A DNA stretch of 32,000 nucleotides from Alkanindiges illinoisensis DSM 15370. Its GTDB lineage: Bacteria > Pseudomonadota > Gammaproteobacteria > Pseudomonadales > Moraxellaceae. The position numbers were made by a program, and so were the translations under genes. Shown piece after piece: positions 24,648 to 32,000 of the stretch. Location: assembly GCF_000619845.1 (NCBI RefSeq), contig NZ_JHUX01000007.1:154562-186561 (forward strand), given 5' to 3'. The notes under the pieces are model-generated. The model ran no database searches. It was not told the DNA's origin and was given only the letters and a program-made list of their open reading frames with translations. Positions within the stretch are counted from its first letter, which is position 1. Every line of letters begins with the position of its first letter.

Positions 24648-26924
24648 ATGGCAAACTTTGCTCATAAACGCTCTGCTTATGGTGTGTTCATGGCGTTACC
24701 ATTACTGGCTGCGCTGGCATTTCCAGCCAATGCCCAGACATGGAAAATCAATCTGCGCGATGCCGACCTGACGGCTTTTGTGAATGAAGTCGCGGATATC
24801 ACGGGCAAGAACTTTGCTGTTGACCCCCGGGTAAAGGGCACGGTCACCGTGATTTCCAATAAGGCATTAACACGTGATCAGGTTTATGACCTGTTTCTGG
24901 GCGTATTGAATGTTAATGGCGTGGTGGCAGTTCCTTCAGGTAATACTATCAAGCTGGTGCCTGATACCAATGCCCGCAGTAGCGGTACACCATTTGACAG
25001 CCGCAACCGCATTCGGGGTGAACTGGTTGTTACCCGGGTCATCTGGCTTGAAAATACCAATCCCAGCGACATAATTCCGGCTATTCGTCCGTTAATGCCG
25101 CAATATGCCCATCTGGCGGCTATTCCCGGCACCAATGCGTTGATTGTGTCTGATCGTGCCGAAAATATTGAGCAAATTGAAAAGCTGGTGCGCACGCTGG
25201 ATGGAACCGGTGATGATGACATGGAAGCAATTCCCCTGCGCAATAGTCAGGCCGAAGAAATCATTGGGCTGGTTGATGCCATGAGTGCTACTGGGACATC
25301 ACGCGATGTGCGGGGTTCGCGGATACGCCTGATTTCTGATGCACGCAGCAACCGCCTGCTGGTTAAGGGCGATGCGGCAAGCCGCAAGCGTATTCGTGAA
25401 CTGGTACAAATGCTGGATGTCGCCCCTGCGGATCGTCTGGGTGGCCTGCGGGTATTTCGCCTAAGACATGCCAGTGCCAAGAATCTGGCGCAAATGCTGC
25501 AAGGTCTGGTGACTGGCCAAAATACCAGTTCCAGCAGTAATTCTACTTCTAGCAACAATAGTTCATTTAGCAATAGCAGCAACAATACAACGACGGGGAC
25601 CACCAGCAATACGGGCAGCAGTAGCTCATTGGGTAATGGCGCCAGCGTGAACCTGACTAGCTTGGGTAGCAATGGCAACAGTAATAACAATCAATTAAGC
25701 ACCTTTAGTGCAGGCGGGATCAGCATTATTGCCGATGAAACCCAAAATGCCCTGATTGTGAAAGCTGAGCCGGCATTAATGCGTGAAATTGAATCCGCCA
25801 TTGATCAGCTGGATTCACGTCGCTCACAGGTGCTGATTGAAGCAGCCATCGTGGAAGTATCTGGCTCAACTGGTGAACAACTGGGTATTCAATGGGCACT
25901 GGGTGATTTAACCAGTGGTGTGGGGTTAATTAACTTCACCAATGCAGGGGCAAGTCTGGCAAGTATTGGTGCTGCAGTGGCGGCTGGGGGTACGACAGCA
26001 GCCACTGCAGCCAACAGTTTAAAAGGCGTAGCACTAGCTCTGGGTGATGTTCGAGAGAAAAATGGCAAGACTAATTTTTATGGTGCATTGATTCAGGCAC
26101 TGGACAGTAACTCCAAGGCCAATTTATTGTCGGTTCCTTCAGTACTTACGCTAGATAATGAAGAAGCGCATATTGTAGTTGGCCAGAACGTGCCCTTTAT
26201 TACTGGTTCTACCACGCTCACCAGCGGCGGTACAACTTCACCTTATCAAACTGTTGAACGCAAGGATGTGGGTTTAACCTTAAAGGTAATTCCGCATATT
26301 GGCGATGGCGGTACCATTCGTCTGGAAGTCGAACAGGAAGTATCAGCTGTAGTCCCTAATTCGGTTAGTACAACTGATATCACTACCACCAAACGCTTGA
26401 TTAAAACTGCAATTCTTGCTGAAGACCAGCAAACCATTGTACTGGGGGGCTTGATTCAGGATGATGCAACAGATAGTACCCAAGCAGTGCCCGGTCTTAG
26501 CAAAATTCCGGTAGTGGGTCGTCTTTTCCGTTCTGATAGTGGTACCCGTGAAAAGCGCAACCTGTTGGTGTTTTTGCATCCTACCATTATCCGTGATGGC
26601 CAGTCTGTCAATGACCTGACTCAAAAACGCTATGGTCAGGTGCGCGGCCTGCAACTCATTCTGGATCCCAATGGCAATATCACCCGTTTGCCTGAGCAAA
26701 TTGACCGGATCTATGGCGATAGCACCACGGACGCCAGCACCAATCCCAGCATGAACACTATTGATAAAACCCCAGTGGCTGTTCAGCGTGCAGTTACAAC
26801 ACCCGTGATAAATCCACCTGTTGTTGTGGTGCAGCCTATGGTAGATGTAAAGCCGATAACACCAGTCACCAATACCACGCGTGATGGAAATACCGTCATT
26901 CAAACCACCATTCGTTCAGAATGA
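24648..26924 (+). CDS. gspD: Type II secretion system secretin
   Basis: The signal peptide is ALAFPANA|QT. N0-N3 domains are recognisable (INLRDADLTAFVNEVADITGKNF; three repeats of the xLxxAxAxxL pattern). The secretin core includes VPFITGS and GGLIQD...VPGLSKIPVVGRLFRS...NLLVFLHPTII. Confidence 0.92.
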   Translation: MANFAHKRSAYGVFMALPLLAALAFPANAQTWKINLRDADLTAFVNEVADITGKNFAVDPRVKGTVTVISNKALTRDQVYDLFLGVLNVNGVVAVPSGNTIKLVPDTNARSSGTPFDSRNRIRGELVVTRVIWLENTNPSDIIPAIRPLMPQYAHLAAIPGTNALIVSDRAENIEQIEKLVRTLDGTGDDDMEAIPLRNSQAEEIIGLVDAMSATGTSRDVRGSRIRLISDARSNRLLVKGDAASRKRIRELVQMLDVAPADRLGGLRVFRLRHASAKNLAQMLQGLVTGQNTSSSSNSTSSNNSSFSNSSNNTTTGTTSNTGSSSSLGNGASVNLTSLGSNGNSNNNQLSTFSAGGISIIADETQNALIVKAEPALMREIESAIDQLDSRRSQVLIEAAIVEVSGSTGEQLGIQWALGDLTSGVGLINFTNAGASLASIGAAVAAGGTTAATAANSLKGVALALGDVREKNGKTNFYGALIQALDSNSKANLLSVPSVLTLDNEEAHIVVGQNVPFITGSTTLTSGGTTSPYQTVERKDVGLTLKVIPHIGDGGTIRLEVEQEVSAVVPNSVSTTDITTTKRLIKTAILAEDQQTIVLGGLIQDDATDSTQAVPGLSKIPVVGRLFRSDSGTREKRNLLVFLHPTIIRDGQSVNDLTQKRYGQVRGLQLILDPNGNITRLPEQIDRIYGDSTTDASTNPSMNTIDKTPVAVQRAVTTPVINPPVVVVQPMVDVKPITPVTNTTRDGNTVIQTTIRSE

Positions 26925-27009
26925 TGTCTATTCGACATTGGTGTTATGGCAGAATTAAAGCAGTATGAAATAGTTGCATCTTTTCGTTTTATAGCCTTGA
27001 GGAAACACT

Positions 27010-27564
27010 ATGGCCTGGAAAATTAAAGCCGTTGCCGGCCCATTTGTTGGACAGGAAATCATTATTGATCAGGACAGGATTATTGGCCGTGATCAAAGTG
27101 TGGATATTGTGCTTCAGGGTGGCCATGTGTCACGCCGGCATGCTGAGCTGTCGGTACGCGATAATAACTTATGGCTTAAAGACTTAAAGTCCTCCAACGG
27201 AACCTTTGTCAATGGCGCGCGCATTGATGAGCAGCAACTGCATGAAAATGATGAATTCCAGATCGATGTGGTGCGTTTTCTGGTATTAAACACGCTGCAT
27301 GATGCCTTACGTGGAAAAACTACGGAATCAGTAGTACTCACTGATGAAGGTCGTCCTGCACAGGTTTCCATTCCAAAACCAGCGCCTATACCTTCGGTTA
27401 CGCCTACCATTCAGGCGCAAGCAGCGCCGTCAGCAGTACAGACTAATTCTTCTGTACCGCAGCCTGCCCCCAAATCAGGCATTAAAAATACCCTGCCAGC
27501 AGCACTGGCTATGGCGATTCTGATTTTACTGGTGCTTATTTCAATCTGGTATTTTATTGGTTAA
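27010..27564 (+). CDS. FHA-domain protein with a C-terminal transmembrane anchor
   Basis: The canonical FHA residues are present (IIGRD...VSRRHAEL...LKDLKSSNGTFVNG). A Pro/Ala/Gln-rich linker follows. The C-terminal helix is LPAALAMAILILLVLISIWYFI, and GAGGAA lies upstream. Confidence 0.8.
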   Translation: MAWKIKAVAGPFVGQEIIIDQDRIIGRDQSVDIVLQGGHVSRRHAELSVRDNNLWLKDLKSSNGTFVNGARIDEQQLHENDEFQIDVVRFLVLNTLHDALRGKTTESVVLTDEGRPAQVSIPKPAPIPSVTPTIQAQAAPSAVQTNSSVPQPAPKSGIKNTLPAALAMAILILLVLISIWYFIG

Positions 27565-27586
27565 AGCCAGTAATGATGATTTAAAG

Positions 27587-27631
27587 CCTGCTTGTTATGC
27601 TTGCTAATAGGCCGCTAGGCAGCAGGTTTTT
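27587..27631 (+). terminator. Probable rho-independent terminator after the FHA gene
   Basis: CCTGCT (27587-27592) pairs with AGCAGG (27621-27626), and TTTTT follows. The loop is large and possibly structured. Confidence 0.5.
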
Positions 27632-27675
27632 AGTACCCAGTTACGCCCACGCTTAAAATAACTCTAAGGTGTGTC

Positions 27676-28386
27676 ATGAAACTTGCTGAACTTCGAGACT
27701 TACGCGCTGTATTTTTTGATCTGGACGGCACGCTGGTTGACTCTGCCATTGATATTTACCATGCCATGAATGCAGCGCTAGCCACGCTTGGCCGGCCTGC
27801 TGTTAGCGAAGCACAGGTGCGCTGCTGGGTAGGTCGTGGTGCCCCACAACTGGCCTATTGTGTAATCAAGCACCAGCATGAGCAGGGGATTACTACAACA
27901 GTACATGGCTCACGGCCACAGGCGCATGATTCATTGCAGGAACAGCAGCACCAGTTGCTTGAAGCGTTTTTAAATCATTATGAACGGCATGTTTGTGTGG
28001 AAAGCCGGATTTATGCGGGGGTTGAAGCTTTTATTCAGGCTTGCCAGAATCAAAACCTGAAGCTGGCCTGTATTACCAATAAGCCCTATCAGCCTGCCCA
28101 TGACCTGCTGCAAGCCCTTGATTTGCTGTCGCCCTTCCACTTGCTGCTGGGTGGCGATAGCGTCACCCATAAAAAGCCGCATCCAATGAGCCTGCAACAT
28201 GCGCTGCATTGTTTTGAGCTTGAGCCGCATCAGGCCCTGATGATTGGCGATTCACGCAACGATGTGGAAGCTGCCCATGCCGCTGGCATGCAATGTGTTG
28301 CACTGACTTATGGTTATAATCACGGTGAACCTGTTGCTGACTGCAATCCTGATCTAGTACTTGATTCGCTGCAACAATTGCTTTAG
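27676..28386 (+). CDS. gph: Phosphoglycolate phosphatase (HAD superfamily)
   Basis: HAD motif I is FFDLDGTLVDS, motif II is CITNK and motifs III/IV are HKKP...MIGDSRNDVEAAHAAG. AAGGTG lies upstream. Confidence 0.75.
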   Translation: MKLAELRDLRAVFFDLDGTLVDSAIDIYHAMNAALATLGRPAVSEAQVRCWVGRGAPQLAYCVIKHQHEQGITTTVHGSRPQAHDSLQEQQHQLLEAFLNHYERHVCVESRIYAGVEAFIQACQNQNLKLACITNKPYQPAHDLLQALDLLSPFHLLLGGDSVTHKKPHPMSLQHALHCFELEPHQALMIGDSRNDVEAAHAAGMQCVALTYGYNHGEPVADCNPDLVLDSLQQLL

Positions 28387-28596
28387 CGTTACACTTTACC
28401 TGTCACACTGTTTCGAGTTTTCTATGTGCTTTTATAGCTCAATGTCTGTTTATTGCTGCTCACGCTGGCGTCACTCATAACAATAATGTCCGGTTTTACT
28501 AAATACCGGTAAGTCTTCGGCCTGAATTTTTGTCTAGTTTTTACTGAAATGCAGGCGCGCCGTTTGAATAATAAATGCAAGTGTGGTGAGAACAGC

Positions 28597-30087
28597 ATGA
28601 TTGATCAGCAGCAATTTGAGCAATTTAAAGCAGCAGGGTTTAACTATATTCCGGTTTTTCGCCGTCGTCTGGCCGATACGGATACGCCGCTATCGGTTTT
28701 TGCCCGTTTACGTCAGCACCAGCTGGCTTATTTGTTTGAATCCGTGGAGGGTGGCGAGCAATGGGCACGCTTTTCCATGATTGGCGTGGGGCAGGATGCA
28801 GTCTTAGAGTGTAACAATGGCATCATGCAATTGCAGCAAAATGGCCAGTTGCAACGATTTTCCTGTGCAGATCCATTTGCCTATATCCAGCAGTTTCAAA
28901 GCCAGTTTAAGGTGCCCGGTGCTGACCTGATTCCAGCATTACCGGTGTTTACAGGTGGTTTGGTCGGCTATTTTGGCTACGATGCAGTACGCTACATTGA
29001 ACCCCGGCTTAAAAATCCGCCTGCGAATGACGTGCTGGGCTTGCCCGACATCTGGCTGATGCTGTCCAGAACCGTGGTGGTATTTGATAATTTAAGTGAC
29101 ACCCTGTTTTTGATTACTCATGCCGATACCCAAGAAGAAAATGCTTTTGAGCAGGCTTGCCAGCGGCTGGATGAACTGGAGCAATTACTGGCTCAGCCCA
29201 TCAGCCTGCAAGCCAAGCCACATACCGCGCCCATATTTACTTCTTTAACCGGACAGGACAATTACCTGAACACAGTTGATGCCGTGAAGGAGTATATTCG
29301 CGCCGGTGACGTGATGCAGGTGGTACCTGGTCACCGTATGGTGTCAGACTTTGATGGCGATCCGCTGTCGGTTTATCGGGCCTTGCGGCACTTAAACCCT
29401 TCCCCTTATTTGTTCATGGTGCAGGGCAGTACACTAGCTGATCAAAATCCCTTTTACCTGATTGGTTCCTCACCTGAAATCCTGTCAAGACTGGAAAATG
29501 GCATTGCCACTGTGCGGCCACTGGCAGGTACGCGGCCCCGTGGTAAAACCCATAGTGAAGATCTTGCACTAGAGCAGGATTTGCTCAGTGACACCAAGGA
29601 AATTGCCGAGCACCTTATGCTCATTGATCTGGGCCGTAACGATGTAGGACGGGTTAGTAAAATTGGCAAGGTAAGGGTCACCGAGCGCATGGTAATTGAG
29701 CGTTACTCGCATGTGATGCATATCGTGTCCAATGTTGAAGGCGATGTGCGCGATGATGTCACTGCCATGGACGTGTTTAAAGCTACTTTTCCAGCAGGCA
29801 CATTATCCGGTGCTCCAAAAATCCGTGCCATGGAAATCATTGATGAGGTAGAACCCGTCAAACGTGGTGTATTTGGTGGTGCTGTGGGCTATCTGGGCTG
29901 GCATGGTGAAATGGATACCGCCATTGCGATCCGTACTGCAGTAATTCGTGATCAGCAAGTGCAAGTGCAGGCGGGTGCAGGGCTGGTTGCCGACTCAGTA
30001 CCGCAAGCAGAATGGAACGAAACCCTGATAAAAGCTCGCGCAGTGATCAAAGCGGTTGAATTATCGGCAAACGGACTGGATATTTAA
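28597..30087 (+). CDS. trpE: Anthranilate synthase component I
   Basis: I took the ATG at 28597 (MIDQQQFEQF...), preceded by GGTGAG. The sequence is collinear with TrpE (YLFESVEGGEQWARFS, PSPYLF, LAGTRPRG, HLMLIDLGRND, TLSGAPKIRAMEII, GAVGY). Confidence 0.92.
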   Translation: MIDQQQFEQFKAAGFNYIPVFRRRLADTDTPLSVFARLRQHQLAYLFESVEGGEQWARFSMIGVGQDAVLECNNGIMQLQQNGQLQRFSCADPFAYIQQFQSQFKVPGADLIPALPVFTGGLVGYFGYDAVRYIEPRLKNPPANDVLGLPDIWLMLSRTVVVFDNLSDTLFLITHADTQEENAFEQACQRLDELEQLLAQPISLQAKPHTAPIFTSLTGQDNYLNTVDAVKEYIRAGDVMQVVPGHRMVSDFDGDPLSVYRALRHLNPSPYLFMVQGSTLADQNPFYLIGSSPEILSRLENGIATVRPLAGTRPRGKTHSEDLALEQDLLSDTKEIAEHLMLIDLGRNDVGRVSKIGKVRVTERMVIERYSHVMHIVSNVEGDVRDDVTAMDVFKATFPAGTLSGAPKIRAMEIIDEVEPVKRGVFGGAVGYLGWHGEMDTAIAIRTAVIRDQQVQVQAGAGLVADSVPQAEWNETLIKARAVIKAVELSANGLDI

Positions 30088-30117
30088 GCTTTTTTTGCAA
30101 AAAATTCAAAAAAGCAC

Positions 30118-30145
30118 TTGTGTCACCCTTTGTTTTTGTTAAACT
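30118..30145 (+). promoter_or_regulatory. Candidate sigma-70 promoter of the tRNA-tuf operon with an upstream A-rich UP-like element
   Basis: TTGTGT (30118-30123) is followed by a 16-nt spacer and TAAACT (30140-30145). AAAAAATTCAAAAAA lies upstream. A GC-rich GCTGTCCGC discriminator-like stretch follows. Confidence 0.4.
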
Positions 30146-30179
30146 GCTGTCCGCTTCACTTGATGCGCTAAAACGTAAC

Positions 30180-30255
<76 letters not shown>

Positions 30256-30305
30256 GTTTTAAGAAAGCTAAAATCAGGTAGGCGATGTGTGAACTAACAC
30301 ACAGC

Positions 30306-30389
30306 GGTGGGATTGGGGAGCGGTCAAACCCAACAGACTGTAACTCTGTCGCGAAAGCTTCGAAGGTTCGAATCCTTCTCCCACCACCA
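30306..30389 (+). tRNA. tRNA-Tyr (anticodon GUA), long variable arm
   Basis: The acceptor stem is GGTGGGA/TCCCACC and the anticodon arm is ACAGA-CTGTAAC-TCTGT. The T arm is GAAGG-TTCGAAT-CCTTC, and CCA is encoded. Confidence 0.92.
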
Positions 30390-30412
30390 TATTTTGTAAT
30401 TCACCCTCAAGT

Positions 30413-30488
30413 GCGGGAGTAGCTCAGTTGGTAGAGCGTCAGCCTTCCAAGCTGAATGTCGCGAGTTCGACCCTCGTCTCCCGCTCCA
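30413..30488 (+). tRNA. tRNA-Gly (anticodon UCC)
   Basis: The acceptor stem is GCGGGAG/CTCCCGC and the anticodon arm is TCAGC-CTTCCAA-GCTGA. The T-loop is TTCGACC, and CCA is encoded. Confidence 0.92.
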
Positions 30489-30506
30489 AGTGAATACAGA
30501 TTTTCA

Positions 30507-30581
<75 letters not shown>

Positions 30582-30721
30582 GATATTGTACCAGATGGTA
30601 TAGCAAGTTCTGTGGTTGTAAGTGCCACAAAGGCAGGCATTAAAGCCTGCCTAAATTATTGTGTTGGTGTTCAGTGCGTGCTTTAATAGGCGGCTGAGCA
30701 AATCAGGTCATCAGACCAAGC

Positions 30722-30771
30722 GTCGTAGACTAAGTTTACTTATCTTAGACAGGCTTACAGGTCGTAGACTA
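30722..30771 (+). repeat. Two exact 11-bp direct repeats (GTCGTAGACTA) in the tRNA-tuf spacer
   Basis: The copies lie at 30722-30732 and 30761-30771. A related CTTAGAC sits between them at 30744-30750. Confidence 0.7.
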
Positions 30772-30828
30772 CGTTTAATAATAGTGTGCGGATGTCAAAG
30801 GCATTCGACGTGGACGAGGAATGACATC

Positions 30829-32000
<1,172 letters not shown>

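Noticed and set aside
25247-25690. 147-aa Leu-rich ORF on the minus strand inside gspD
   Set aside because: It is the mirror image of the Ser/Asn/Thr triplet-rich insert, since antisense AGC/AAT/AGT reads as GCT/ATT/ACT and CTG/TTG. It lies wholly inside a well-supported secretin gene and has no start context.
28424-28480. 18-codon ORF (MCFYSSMSVYCCSRWRHS) and a weak hairpin plus T-run (28489-28535) upstream of trpE, considered as a trp leader/attenuator
   Set aside because: It has only one Trp codon and no tandem Trp. The hairpin has only a 5-bp stem (CCGGT/ACCGG). I could not build alternative antiterminator pairings. The hairpin is more simply a weak gph terminator.
28553-28560. GGCGCGCC (AscI) octamer palindrome upstream of trpE, considered as a possible engineering scar
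   Set aside because: It is a single occurrence in otherwise natural-looking context, with no flanking vector-like sequence. It is most likely chance.
28549-28596. Longer trpE start (MQARRLNNKCKCGENS...)
   Set aside because: The 16 extra residues have no counterpart in TrpE as I know it. The ATG at 28597 has a GGTGAG Shine-Dalgarno sequence at proper spacing.

Overview
Chromosomal window from an Acinetobacter-like (Moraxellaceae) gammaproteobacterium. This placement rests on my reading of EF-Tu, H-NS, the uvrA-yajR-ssb-hns-gspN-gspC-gspD-gph-trpE order and the Thr-Tyr-Gly-Thr tRNA cluster before tuf. nt 1-8118 is the 3' end of a surface-polysaccharide locus with a complete PglA/PglC/PglD/PglE/PglF-type module for di-N-acetylbacillosamine (QuiNAc4NAc). 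Two unrelated genes interrupt it: a YhcG/DUF1016 PD-(D/E)XK nuclease flanked by a 49-bp degenerate duplication, and a DUF4184 membrane protein. nt 8.1-15.7 kb holds ordinary metabolic and housekeeping genes: an AidB-like acyl-CoA dehydrogenase, DUF2239, a Zn alcohol dehydrogenase, an ion-channel-like protein, a cupin, trmA and a secreted catalase-related haem protein. nt 16.0-17.3 kb holds a DsbC-like thioredoxin domain with no export or dimerisation region, plus a very AT-rich orphan gene with sigma-70-like region 2 and region 4 features whose end overlaps the end of uvrA. nt 17.3-30.1 kb is core genome. nt 30.18-32.0 kb carries four tRNAs and a 3'-open tuf gene that the ORF track does not list. 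I saw no CRISPR array, IS element, transposase, integrase, rRNA or recognisable multi-gene defence system. The best novelty candidates are single-gene insertions (the nuclease cassette, the DUF4184 gene, the sigma-like orphan) and an FHA-domain membrane protein just downstream of the secretin gene. All family assignments come from motif recognition by eye, not database searches.
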